Sequence record: SRR2962707_3475 | Reading direction: 5' to 3' (one strand) | DNA length: 47,494 nt | Part shown: one piece after another, positions 36,201 through 44,768 of the stretch | Layout of the letters: the number at the start of each line of letters is the position of its first letter | Position numbering within the stretch: the stretch's first letter is position 1 | Notes under the pieces: model-generated | Database searches by the model: none | Told to the model about the DNA's origin: nothing | Seen by the model: only the letters and a program-made list of their open reading frames with translations | Made by a program: the position numbers and the translations under genes

Positions 36201-36813
36201 CTTCACCCAGCATGTCATAGGAATAGGTATAGCCCTCGCGGACCCGTTTCTGGGAACGCTTCAGCGCTTCGTCAATGTCGCGGCCATGCACGAACTGACG
36301 GCCAAGCTCGCGCATCGCGGCGAGGACGGCGACACGCACCGCAGGTTCGCCGATGCGCTGGGTCAGTTTCTTCAGCGTGCCCGTGGTGCCGTCACTGTCC
36401 GGCCCCAGCAGCTTGCCGGTCAGCGCCAGCGCCCAGGTGGACGCATTCACGACGGCAGAGTCCGAGGTTCCGGACAGACGGTCCCAGTCGCGGGTCGAAA
36501 TCTTGTCTGCGATCAGCAGATCGACGGTTTCCGCATCCGGCACCCGTAAAAGCGCTTCCGCCAGACACATCAGTGCCAGACCTTCGTCCGTCGAAAGCCC
36601 GAAGTCGGTCAGAAACTGCTCGGTAAAATGCGGATGTGACGACTTGCGAACCTGATCGACCAGTTGCTGTGCCTGCCCGCTGATCGCCGCACAGTCATCA
36701 GACGACAGGTTGGCCGTTTCCACCGCCTGGCGGACAACCGCCGTCTCGTCGCTGAGATAGTTGTCGCGGATTTTCCGGCGCAGGGTCGAAAGGTCGGGGC
36801 GGTGCAGGTTCAT
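33250..36813 (-). CDS. putA: Bifunctional proline dehydrogenase / P5C (GSAL) dehydrogenase
   Basis: SYDMLGE, SVKLSALHP, RLVKGAYWD, FATHN, RRLLENGANSSF, GQRCSA and C-terminal DTTAAGGN. The ATG at 36813 has a GGAGG RBS (alternative start 36825). Confidence 0.97.
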   Translation of the reverse strand: MNLHRPDLSTLRRKIRDNYLSDETAVVRQAVETANLSSDDCAAISGQAQQLVDQVRKSSHPHFTEQFLTDFGLSTDEGLALMCLAEALLRVPDAETVDLLIADKISTRDWDRLSGTSDSAVVNASTWALALTGKLLGPDSDGTTGTLKKLTQRIGEPAVRVAVLAAMRELGRQFVHGRDIDEALKRSQKRVREGYTYSYDMLGEAARTDKDALRYLDAYSHAIRTIAAAAEGTDVRRNPGISVKLSALHPRYETTQKSLMLPTLIERLRSLALIAHEAGIGLNIDAEEAERLDVSLDVIEALVSDPTFAAWEGIGIVVQAYGKRAALVLDWLYALANMHDRRIMVRLVKGAYWDTEIKRSQVLGIEDFPVFTRKVHSDISYIACARKLVGMADRIYPQFATHNAHSATAILHLAKEARLDTDEYEFQRLHGMGEALHETVKKKNGTRCRIYAPVGAHRDLLAYLVRRLLENGANSSFVNQMADYDVPSSEIAADPFAAAAQKSYASNTKIPKPANIYPSGRVNSRGYDFLDPRTLDTLLQQRGAFMDKTWQAAPMIDGKAKGAEKRSVSMPHKPDHVIGEVIESAPADIETALKSARRGHQAWSAEDVSARADVLRKVADLYETHTPEFCALLALEAGKTLPDCIAEIREAVDFLRYYAMQAAAAPELKARGVFTCISPWNFPLAIFTGQIAAALALGNAVLTKPAETTTLIAARAVELFHEAGLPAAALQLLPGQGSVVGTALTSDPRIDGVCFTGSTATAQRINRAMAEHMAPGAPLIAETGGLNAMIVDSTALPEQVVRDVIASSFQSAGQRCSALRLLYVQEDVYETVKTMLFGAMDELHVGDPADFSTDIGPLINADAQDKIGAYVTAAENDGRLLKRCDVPTDGYFMAPSVIAVDGMADMTEEIFGPILHIATFEGEDINKVIDAVNGSGYGLTFGLQTRIDRRVSDVTQRIHAGNVYINRNQIGAIVESQPFGGEGLSGTGPKAGGPNYLKRFAATEETEAAMPSGAEISAAALTSALDGLAVPNRTPIEKALVLPGPTGEENRLIMHPRGVVLCLGPGNDAAARQAEAALTFGCSVLIATPDAASLKSAFAEYGARVKCLDGVVAASSIAEVDGIDAVALWAEADVARGYRKVLAARDGVLIPLVTSPGPSCAYFQEQSICIDTTAAGGNAALLGEVSG

Positions 36814-36934
36814 CAGATCCTCCATTAAGGCACCCCTCACCCTATCAATTATCGAGTAGTGTGTTTTCTTGTATTCAGGATAATTTTGGGAAATAACTAT
36901 ATTTATAGGCAATAATTCATGGATATTTCCTGAT

Positions 36935-37390
36935 ATGGTCGCAAAAAACAGAGATATCGATAGCTTCGACCGCAACATCCTCAAGATTCTCGGCACCGAC
37001 GGGCGCATCACCCTGACCGACCTAGCGGCGCGGGTCGGGCTATCGACAACGCCATGCCAGCAGCGTGTCCGCCGGCTGGAAAAGGACGGCTATATCCTCG
37101 GATACCGCGCGGTGCTTGATCTGCCGCGCATGGGGCTGGCGCAGATCGCCTTCGTCCAGGTCAATCTTTCCGATACCCGCGAAAAATCATTGCAGGATTT
37201 CAGAAACGCCGTCGCCGGGATATCCGAAATCGAGCAGTGCCACATGATCGCCGGTGGGTTCGATTACCTGATCAAGGTCCGGACGCGCGATATCGAAAGC
37301 TTCCGCAAGGTTCTCGGCGAAAAGATTTCCGCCCTGCCCTTTGTCGCCCACACCAGTACCTTCATGGTAATGGAAACGGTCCGGGACTGA
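36935..37390 (+). CDS. putR: Lrp/AsnC-family regulator, divergent from putA
   Basis: DRNILKIL...VGLSTTPCQQRVRRLE...CHMIAGGFDYLIKV; classic putA-putR arrangement. Confidence 0.9.
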   Translation: MVAKNRDIDSFDRNILKILGTDGRITLTDLAARVGLSTTPCQQRVRRLEKDGYILGYRAVLDLPRMGLAQIAFVQVNLSDTREKSLQDFRNAVAGISEIEQCHMIAGGFDYLIKVRTRDIESFRKVLGEKISALPFVAHTSTFMVMETVRD

Positions 37391-37398
37391 GTTCCGGC

Positions 37399-37827
37399 TC
37401 AGTCTTCGTATTTGTCGACAAGGCGGCAGCGGAGGATTTCGCGCCGATCCGCCGCATCGAGGAGGACGACCGAAACCCTGACGAACGTCCCGTCGTCACG
37501 GCGGCGAACATCCGTGATCGTGATCCGGGCCTGCACACCGGCACCGGCATGAAGCGGCGACAGAAACCGCACATCGTCATATTTCACCGTCAGGGCACGC
37601 TGCATGTTGCCGACCTCAAAAGTGCCCTGCAACAATTGCGGGATCAGGGAGATCAGCAGGTTCCCGGGCACAATCCGCGCGTCTGCCGTGGCCGCGTGAA
37701 TCCACTGCCGGTCCCCGCTCAACGCAACGAACTGCGTGATCATGTCATCGCTGACCGTCACGATGGGGCTTTCCAGCTCCGTGTCCAGATATCCGCCGAG
37801 ATCCGAAGCATGATCGACAACAATCAC
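37399..37827 (-). CDS. MaoC-like (R)-enoyl-CoA hydratase, hot-dog fold
   Basis: FVALSGDRQWIH hydratase-2 motif and VRFLSPL; GTGA overlap with the thiolase stop. Confidence 0.85.
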   Translation of the reverse strand: MIVVDHASDLGGYLDTELESPIVTVSDDMITQFVALSGDRQWIHAATADARIVPGNLLISLIPQLLQGTFEVGNMQRALTVKYDDVRFLSPLHAGAGVQARITITDVRRRDDGTFVRVSVVLLDAADRREILRCRLVDKYED

Positions 37828-38966
37828 CTGGCGTCCTCCCGGTGCAATACCATGGCACTGCCCTGCCCCCCGGCGGCGGCAATGGCGGCAAGCCCGAGGC
37901 CGGGGTCGTCGCTGCGAACCAGATCATGCCACAGCCGCACCGCCAGAATGGCCCCGGACGCGCCGATCGGGTGTCCCCGTGCCAGCGCCCCGCCGCGCAT
38001 GTTAACCCGCGACGGATCAAGCCCGGCCCCGTCGATGCACGCCATGGCCTGCACGGCGAAGGCTTCCATCATCTCAACACAGGCAAAATCATCGACTGCC
38101 CATCCGCCGTCGCGACACACCTTTTCAATCGCGGCGATCGGCGACAGCGCGGGCATTTCCGGATCCCCACCGACCGAGGCCGATCCTGCAATCGCGACCG
38201 CCGCGCCCCGATTCTTCAGGGAGGCCCGCACCCTTTCACTGACGACGAGCACCACCGCAGCGGCATCGGCCTCGACCGCCGTCGTCGCCGCCGTCAGTCC
38301 GCACGCGGCATCACCCGCCAGCACCGGCAGCCGGGCACAGGTTTTCAGCGTCATGGCCCGGGTGAAGGCATCGCGATCCAGCCCGGCCATGGGGACAAGT
38401 TCCTTCACCGCATACTCATCGAGACCGGCGTGGCGATGGCTTTCAACGGCGTAGGCTTCCTGATCGGATCGGGCGATCCCCCGTGCCGTAGCCAGGGCGG
38501 CGGCAGATGCCAGCATATCCGGATCACGCGACGGCCAGGGCGAAAACGGTGGGCGTTCATAGGCCTCAGGCACATCGCCGTCATCCAGCGGCCTGCGCTG
38601 ACGGATCGGGGCACGGCTGTAGCTATCAAGCCCGCCGGCGAGAATGACATCCGCATCCCCCGCTGAAATCCGGGACGCCGCAAGGGCAATGGCATCCAGT
38701 CCACTGCAGCATTGCGTGTCCACGCTCAAGGCCGGCACGGTCTCGGGCAGGTTTGCGTCAAGCGCCGCCATCCGGGCCGGATTGCCGCCGCCGTAAAGTG
38801 CATTCCCCATGATGACCGCATCCACGGCATTGCCCTGCATGTCGGCGTCATCAAGAACGGCGCGGATCGTCTCTGCGCCCAGTTGCCATGCTTCGACACG
38901 GGACAGTCCCCCGCCCCGCGGCGCCACCGGGGTTCTTTTCGCGGCGATGATGTACGCGCCGCTCAT
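37824..38966 (-). CDS. Thiolase-family protein with non-canonical catalytic motifs
   Basis: AAKRTP, GNPARMAAL, DTQCCSG, MEAF, GHPIGASG and AAIAAAGG; ATGA overlap with the ligase stop. Confidence 0.9.
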   Translation of the reverse strand: MSGAYIIAAKRTPVAPRGGGLSRVEAWQLGAETIRAVLDDADMQGNAVDAVIMGNALYGGGNPARMAALDANLPETVPALSVDTQCCSGLDAIALAASRISAGDADVILAGGLDSYSRAPIRQRRPLDDGDVPEAYERPPFSPWPSRDPDMLASAAALATARGIARSDQEAYAVESHRHAGLDEYAVKELVPMAGLDRDAFTRAMTLKTCARLPVLAGDAACGLTAATTAVEADAAAVVLVVSERVRASLKNRGAAVAIAGSASVGGDPEMPALSPIAAIEKVCRDGGWAVDDFACVEMMEAFAVQAMACIDGAGLDPSRVNMRGGALARGHPIGASGAILAVRLWHDLVRSDDPGLGLAAIAAAGGQGSAMVLHREDAR

Positions 38967-40870
38967 GGCCGGGCTCCTGTTTCCATCTGCTCGACCCACG
39001 TCTGCATCACCGGCAGGTTCGGCTTGTGCGACGCCGTCAGCGGCCATGCATCCATTTCGACAAAGCGCATCGGCACTTTATAGCGGGGCAGGAATGTCCG
39101 GCACCACGCGATCAGGTCTTTTGGGGAAAGCGCATGGCCGTCTGCCGGATCGATCACAGCGACAAGCCGCGTCCCGCGCCGTGCATCCGCCACCCCGAAT
39201 ACCGCCGCACGCCGGACTGACGGATGGCGGGCGAGCACGGTTTCGACTTCTTCCGGATAGACGTTCTTGGCCGAACATATCAGCATCCGGTCGGCCCGGC
39301 CGACGAGATAGAGATACCCGCTGCTGTCCAGATACCCCACGTCCCCCGTGGCGAGCGCCGCGCCGGACTGCAAAAGCGGGCGTTCATCCGACAGGGCATA
39401 GCCCGAAAACCGGAACGGACTTTCCACGAAGACCCGGCCCGTCTCACCCGCCTTCAGATCACGAAAATCATGATCCAGTATCCGCACCGTCACTTCCGGG
39501 AACGGCCGGCCCACCGACTGATCGGGGGCTTCGCCATCGCGGGCATAACTGATGTAGCTGAGTTCAGACGAGCCATAGAATTCGCAGGTTTCCGCCCCTG
39601 GGCAGACCGCCCGCAACCTGTGCTTCAGGGCTGGCGGCAACTTCGCCCCTGATGACAGCACAAGCCTGACCGACGGCAGTTCAATCCCGCCCTGCTCAGC
39701 CGCCAGCGCCAGTGCATCGAACTGGGTCGGCGTGCCGTAAACGACCGTTCCTCTATTTTTTTCGATACTCTCCAGAATGCGGTTCGGTCGGAACTGCGGG
39801 AACATCACCGTTCGTGCCCCGGCATACAGCCCCCGCATCACCGCATAAAGAAACAGCGAATGCGCCAGGTTGCCCAGCGCAATGAAGACATCGTCACCGG
39901 AGAAATCAAAAGCCCGCTGATCGCTTTCAAAGCTTGCCACCCATGAGGCCTGGTCCCGCTCGAACCCACGTGGGAATCCGGTCGAGCCCGAGGTAAAGCC
40001 GGTATAGAACAGATCGCCCAGTCGATCGGGGGCGGTCACGTCACCGGGCAGTTCCGGCGGCGGCTCACCCGCCATCTGATCCGGACCGAAGACCGGGATG
40101 CCGACCGGCTTGGTGATAGCGCGACCATCCGCAACAAGCGCATCGGGTTTGAGAACACGCAGCACGTTGCCGACGGTATCCGCCGGCCATTCCGGGTCCA
40201 GCACCTGCACGTTCAGGCGTCGCGAGACACCGGCGAGAAAACATGTCACCAGTGCCGCAGAATTTTCGAGCCGGACCGCCAGCCGCCCCCCGGCAGGCAC
40301 TTCGCCGAGAAGCGCCGACTTGCGCCGGATATCCTCAGCCAGTTGGGGCCATGTCAGATCAGTCTCGCCGACGGTCAGGGCCACACCGTCGCGATGCATC
40401 CCAAGATGAATAACCCTGCCGCCGATGTCGCGGGGCAACGCCGCCGTCACCGGTTTCAGCGCAGCCTTTGCAAAGCCCGTGGCGGCTTCCGCCGAACATG
40501 CGTCATGCCACGGGCAGGCGGTGCACGCCGACCGCAAACTGCCGTCGGCGAAGCGGGCGCGCAGCAGCGCCAGTTTATCATCCGTGACAACGAAACGGCG
40601 CGGCCCGTCCTGATCCATCCCGAGCAACGCCGCGATGTCCCGCCAGGCCCGCGCATCCCGCGTTTGGGCGACGGCGCGATCACAGTGCCGCGATGCGTCG
40701 CACGCGAGGGTGGCGCAGAGATCATCCGTCCCGTCGATCAGTTCAATCGTTTCACCGCTTTGAACCCGCGTGATGATCCCGTCAAAGCAGTGTGTGAAAG
40801 CGTCATTATACCCTCGACCGGCATAACCCAGCATGCACAGAACATGATGTGGTCTCAGCTTGAGGGTCAT
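38963..40870 (-). CDS. DUF1284 (Cys/His-rich) domain fused to an AMP-forming acyl-CoA ligase
   Basis: N-terminal LRPHHVLC..GRGY..DDLC..CTACPWHDAC; C-terminal FTSGSTGFPRG, YGSSE, TGDVG and GRAD, all in one frame. Confidence 0.85.
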   Translation of the reverse strand: MTLKLRPHHVLCMLGYAGRGYNDAFTHCFDGIITRVQSGETIELIDGTDDLCATLACDASRHCDRAVAQTRDARAWRDIAALLGMDQDGPRRFVVTDDKLALLRARFADGSLRSACTACPWHDACSAEAATGFAKAALKPVTAALPRDIGGRVIHLGMHRDGVALTVGETDLTWPQLAEDIRRKSALLGEVPAGGRLAVRLENSAALVTCFLAGVSRRLNVQVLDPEWPADTVGNVLRVLKPDALVADGRAITKPVGIPVFGPDQMAGEPPPELPGDVTAPDRLGDLFYTGFTSGSTGFPRGFERDQASWVASFESDQRAFDFSGDDVFIALGNLAHSLFLYAVMRGLYAGARTVMFPQFRPNRILESIEKNRGTVVYGTPTQFDALALAAEQGGIELPSVRLVLSSGAKLPPALKHRLRAVCPGAETCEFYGSSELSYISYARDGEAPDQSVGRPFPEVTVRILDHDFRDLKAGETGRVFVESPFRFSGYALSDERPLLQSGAALATGDVGYLDSSGYLYLVGRADRMLICSAKNVYPEEVETVLARHPSVRRAAVFGVADARRGTRLVAVIDPADGHALSPKDLIAWCRTFLPRYKVPMRFVEMDAWPLTASHKPNLPVMQTWVEQMETGARP

Positions 40871-40874
40871 TCGC

Positions 40875-41510
40875 TCACACCCTTGCCTGTCCGTCCTCAA
40901 CACGGGTGTCCTCCGATGAAAAGGACCGCGCTTCGATGGCATCCGCAATGTCGTCCGACATTTTCAACATCCGAACGATCACCGGCAAGGCCACGGCAAG
41001 GATACTGTTCTCAAGCCCCCGTGCCCGCTGGGCTTCGCGGACCTGTTGCGTGACCCGCCCGACGACAGGGATAAAGCGCAACGCCAGTGACAGGCTCATG
41101 CTCACCATCTTGACGTTTACCCCGATCCTCGCCGCCGGTTTCAGAAACCGCTCGAAGGCATCGATCATCGCCGTTGTCCGCGTGGTCAGCGTGACCAGCG
41201 AGGCAGCAAGGATCAGCGCCGCAAAACGCAGCACGACGATAGCACCGATCCGCCAGTCAGCGATGAACCATTGCGCGGCGAAAATGATTACCAGCAGCGG
41301 CACGGCAAACCGCATCTGCTGCCAGGCGACGGCCACCGGCACCCGGGCAACGGCATACAGCAGGACGACACCGCCGCACACCGCAGCGGCAACGCGGATA
41401 TCATTGAACAGGAAGACCACCGTGCCGAGGATCATCACGAACAAAAGCTTGGGGCCCGCCGGCAGACGATGCAGCAGCGTGTCGCGTTCATGATAGAACG
41501 AGCCGATCAT
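40875..41510 (-). CDS. bioN: ECF transporter T component, BioN-like
   Basis: LHRLPAGPKL, LRFIPV, AQRARG and AIEARS motifs. Confidence 0.85.
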   Translation of the reverse strand: MIGSFYHERDTLLHRLPAGPKLLFVMILGTVVFLFNDIRVAAAVCGGVVLLYAVARVPVAVAWQQMRFAVPLLVIIFAAQWFIADWRIGAIVVLRFAALILAASLVTLTTRTTAMIDAFERFLKPAARIGVNVKMVSMSLSLALRFIPVVGRVTQQVREAQRARGLENSILAVALPVIVRMLKMSDDIADAIEARSFSSEDTRVEDGQARV

Positions 41511-42181
41511 GGGAACAGCGCCTTGTAGGCGGCGATCACATCATCCGGCTTGCCGTCGGCATGCACCTTGCCGTCGTGCAGGCAGATCACGCGGTCGAAC
41601 GATTCCAGCAGATCAAGATCGTGCGACACCAGAATGACGTGCTGCGACAGACCGTCGATGGTCGCCATGACTTTCTTCTTGTTACCGAGATCCAGCAGGG
41701 TCGTCGGTTCATCGAATATGATGTAGGCCGGTTCCATGATGGTGACACCGGCTATGGCGACAAGCTGCTTCTCGCCGGCGCTGAGCTGGTGCGTCAGCCG
41801 GTCGCGCAGCCCGGACAGACCATAATGCGCGAGCGCCGCGTCGATTTTCTGCGCCAGTTCCTGCTTTTCAAAGCCCAGGTTCTTGAGCCCGAAGGCCAGG
41901 TCTTCGCCAACGGTCGGCATGACGATCTGGTTATCCGGGTTCTGGAAAACGAAGCCGACCTTGCGCCGGACTTTCTTGCCGTCACTGCGGGTCGACACAC
42001 CGTCAATCGTGACCTCGCCTTCGCTCGGCAACAGCAATCCGTTGAGTAGCCGTGAGAACGTACTTTTACCGGCCCCGTTGGCACCGATCAGGCCGATCCG
42101 GCGTTCCGACAGTTCCAACGCGGGAATCCTCAGAAGTTCCCGGCCCTCCCGGCTGAATACGACACCGTCAAACGCAATCAT
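41507..42181 (-). CDS. bioM: ECF transporter ATPase, BioM-like
   Basis: LSERRIGLIGANGAGKS, FQNPDNQ, LSAGEKQ and FDEPTTLLD motifs. Confidence 0.88.
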   Translation of the reverse strand: MIAFDGVVFSREGRELLRIPALELSERRIGLIGANGAGKSTFSRLLNGLLLPSEGEVTIDGVSTRSDGKKVRRKVGFVFQNPDNQIVMPTVGEDLAFGLKNLGFEKQELAQKIDAALAHYGLSGLRDRLTHQLSAGEKQLVAIAGVTIMEPAYIIFDEPTTLLDLGNKKKVMATIDGLSQHVILVSHDLDLLESFDRVICLHDGKVHADGKPDDVIAAYKALFP

Positions 42182-42229
42182 GCAGGTTACAATCTCTGTT
42201 CGGTTTCAGGCCCGGTCATGACCTGTTCA

Positions 42230-43195
42230 TCATAAGACGTCCCGGTTGACGATACAGTTTTCATCAACCCGGCCGTCCAGACCATCCAGAACATTCCGCA
42301 TGCAGACCTCGCTGACACGGCGTCCCGTTTCTTCGGTCAGGGCCGAGTTGTGGGGCGTGAACAGTACGTTGTCGAGACCCAGAAGCGGATTATCCGCCGC
42401 CGGGGGTTCCTGCGTATAGACGTCGAGCCCGGCCCCACCAAGAGTGCCGTCGGTGAGCGCTTGATACAGCGCCGCTTCATCGATCAGCGAGCCGCGGGCC
42501 GTATTGACGATATAGGCCCCGGGTTTCATGGCGGCGAATTCATCCGCCCCCAACAGGACGCCGCCGCCTGCGCGGCCCGGCAGGTGCAGGCTGACGAAGT
42601 CCGCGTCACCCAGTGCAGTTCTGAAATCCTCGACAAAGGCATATCCGTGTTCGGCGGCGCGGGCGCGCGAGCTTTCGCGACCGGCGACGATGATCTTCAT
42701 GCCGAACGCCGCGCAGCGCTTGGCGGCTTCCAGACCGATCTTGCCAAGGCCGATCAGCAGAACCGTCTTCCCCAGCACTTCGTGCCCCGGGGTCGTATAG
42801 CGTGCTGCGAAATTGCCGGTCCGCGTATTGCGGTCCATGACGGCGATCCGTCGCGACAGGCCGAGCATCATCATGACGGTGTGTTCCGCAACGGACACGG
42901 AAAGCGCATCCCCGCAGATGGCCAGCGGTATGCCGCGCCGGGTCAGGGCATCCACATCAATATGATCGAAGCCGACACCGTACCTGGAAACAATTCTGAG
43001 CTTCGGCGCCGCGGAAATGATGTCTGCCGTCAACGGGGTCAGTCGCAGGACAATGCCGTCGGCATCGGCGACAGCAGCTTTCATTTCTGCGGCGGAAAAA
43101 TTCTCATGGACCCTGAACGACACATCATCGCGCGCCTCGAGCATGGCACGGCCGAAATCATGGATCGGTCCTTCAACAAAGAGTTTTAACGTCAT
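42230..43195 (-). CDS. D-isomer-specific 2-hydroxyacid dehydrogenase (SerA-like, no ACT domain)
   Basis: RYGVGFD, GLGKIG, NTARG, LDVYTQEP and TPH motifs. Confidence 0.9.
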   Translation of the reverse strand: MTLKLFVEGPIHDFGRAMLEARDDVSFRVHENFSAAEMKAAVADADGIVLRLTPLTADIISAAPKLRIVSRYGVGFDHIDVDALTRRGIPLAICGDALSVSVAEHTVMMMLGLSRRIAVMDRNTRTGNFAARYTTPGHEVLGKTVLLIGLGKIGLEAAKRCAAFGMKIIVAGRESSRARAAEHGYAFVEDFRTALGDADFVSLHLPGRAGGGVLLGADEFAAMKPGAYIVNTARGSLIDEAALYQALTDGTLGGAGLDVYTQEPPAADNPLLGLDNVLFTPHNSALTEETGRRVSEVCMRNVLDGLDGRVDENCIVNRDVL

Positions 43196-43239
43196 GGTCT
43201 ATCCCTGGAGATACAGGGCCGGAAATTCAGCCGGCGGCA

Positions 43240-44205
43240 TCAGGTGTAGCGGTGGATAATCTTTTCGCCGAAGAACCGCATGCCGTCCATCGGCGGCATC
43301 GGCTGAATGACGATGTTGGTGACACCAGCGTCGACCCATTCATCGATCCGCTGGCAGACCTGTTCGACACCGCCGTACAGGTTGGATTCCAGAATGTCGT
43401 CAACGGTCGGCGGGATGGGGAAGCGGTGCTTGCGCTCTTCGGCATACATTTCTGCCCACTTCATGGTTTCCGCTTCACCGGTGCCGGTCAGGCCGACGGT
43501 GGAAATCGCGGTTTCCCAGGGGCGGTCCGTCAACTGCTGCTTCATGCCGTCAATCAGGCCGGCGACCACGGAAGGCGACTTCGAATACATGAACCAGACA
43601 TCGCCGTGCTTCTTCATCAGTTCCTGCGTCGGCGGAGAATCTCCGGCAATCCAGATTGGCGGATACGGCTTTTGCGGCGGCTTGGGATTACAGAACGCGT
43701 CCTTCAAGGTGTAGAAATCGCCGTCGAAGCTGAACCCGGCAGGGTCTTCGTTCGAGATCAGACCACGGATGATCGACAGGCATTCATCAAGCCGCGCAAT
43801 CCGGGTCAGACCGTCATCGGACCATTCGGTGAAGCCATAGGATTTGGCTTCGGTCCCGAACCATCCGGACCCCGGCGCCAGAATCACCCGCCCGCCGGTG
43901 ATCTGGTCCAGCGTGCAGGCGATTTTCGCCGTCAGTCCCGGATGACGGAAGGTATTGTTGATCGAATGGCCGCCAAGCCGGACACGCTTCGTCAGCGCCC
44001 CGATCGCCGTCATCGCGGTCCAGTATTCAAGGATTGGCTTGGAACGGTCCAGATGGGCATTTTCGACGTGATCCGGGATCCACACGGAATCAAACCCCAT
44101 ATCTTCGGCGATCTGCGCCATTTCGAGGGCGTAATCGAACCCTGAAGATGTCGCGCCCATTTCACCCTGAACCGCAAGGCGAATGCCGAATTTAACTTTA
44201 CTCAT
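43240..44205 (-). CDS. Luciferase-like (LLM) flavin/F420-dependent oxidoreductase
   Basis: GFDSVWIPDH, FRHPGLTAK..TLDQITGGR and PPIWIAG motifs. Confidence 0.88.
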   Translation of the reverse strand: MSKVKFGIRLAVQGEMGATSSGFDYALEMAQIAEDMGFDSVWIPDHVENAHLDRSKPILEYWTAMTAIGALTKRVRLGGHSINNTFRHPGLTAKIACTLDQITGGRVILAPGSGWFGTEAKSYGFTEWSDDGLTRIARLDECLSIIRGLISNEDPAGFSFDGDFYTLKDAFCNPKPPQKPYPPIWIAGDSPPTQELMKKHGDVWFMYSKSPSVVAGLIDGMKQQLTDRPWETAISTVGLTGTGEAETMKWAEMYAEERKHRFPIPPTVDDILESNLYGGVEQVCQRIDEWVDAGVTNIVIQPMPPMDGMRFFGEKIIHRYT

Positions 44206-44321
44206 AATGTCCCGACCCTGGCATACGATGAATTTTGCGCACGACGTCGCAAGTGACTACCGGCATCATTTCACGATCCGTGCGGCTCGGCAAATCAGGG
44301 AATAATCGGGAACGCCCCGGA

Positions 44322-44735
44322 TCAATAATTGGAATCGATCATTTCACCGGCGACGATATCGTACAAACTTGCCCAGGCATTCCTGGTCTCGTCGTCAAAT
44401 TCATCACCGATGAATTCGCCCATCGTGTCGAGAAAGACATCCCTGAGAACATCGTAATGCACCGGCACGGCACCATAATCGACATGGCGGCGGCCGAGTT
44501 CACGAATGTCATGGCGAAGCGCATCCAGGTTATTCACGCTTCTGACCACCAGGGCCAGTGTCGCAACCAGCTTCTCGCGCTGCATGTCCATGTTGGTCGA
44601 AAACAGCGGACGTACTGAAGGTGCGACCGTAAACAGCCTGTCGTAGAAGCTCTTTGAAAATGCGTCCCGGTCCGCCACCACTTTGGAAAAGGTCAGCCTT
44701 ACCTTTTCGGCTTCTTTCGTCGTCAGATCAGTCAT
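44322..44735 (-). CDS. Single-domain globin (flavohaemoglobin / Vgb-like)
   Basis: FYDRLF (B10 Tyr), PLF (CD1), Q at E7, LGRRHVDYG (F8 His), HY and AW motifs. Confidence 0.9.
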   Translation of the reverse strand: MTDLTTKEAEKVRLTFSKVVADRDAFSKSFYDRLFTVAPSVRPLFSTNMDMQREKLVATLALVVRSVNNLDALRHDIRELGRRHVDYGAVPVHYDVLRDVFLDTMGEFIGDEFDDETRNAWASLYDIVAGEMIDSNY

Positions 44736-44768
44736 GTTTTCGGCACCATTTTTCTGGTCGCACGCACG

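Noticed and set aside
36814-37011. N-terminal extension of PutA in the ORF track (possible DNA-binding domain)
   Set aside because: It runs through the AT-rich promoter and into putR; the RBS supports a start at 36813, and no ribbon-helix-helix domain is visible.
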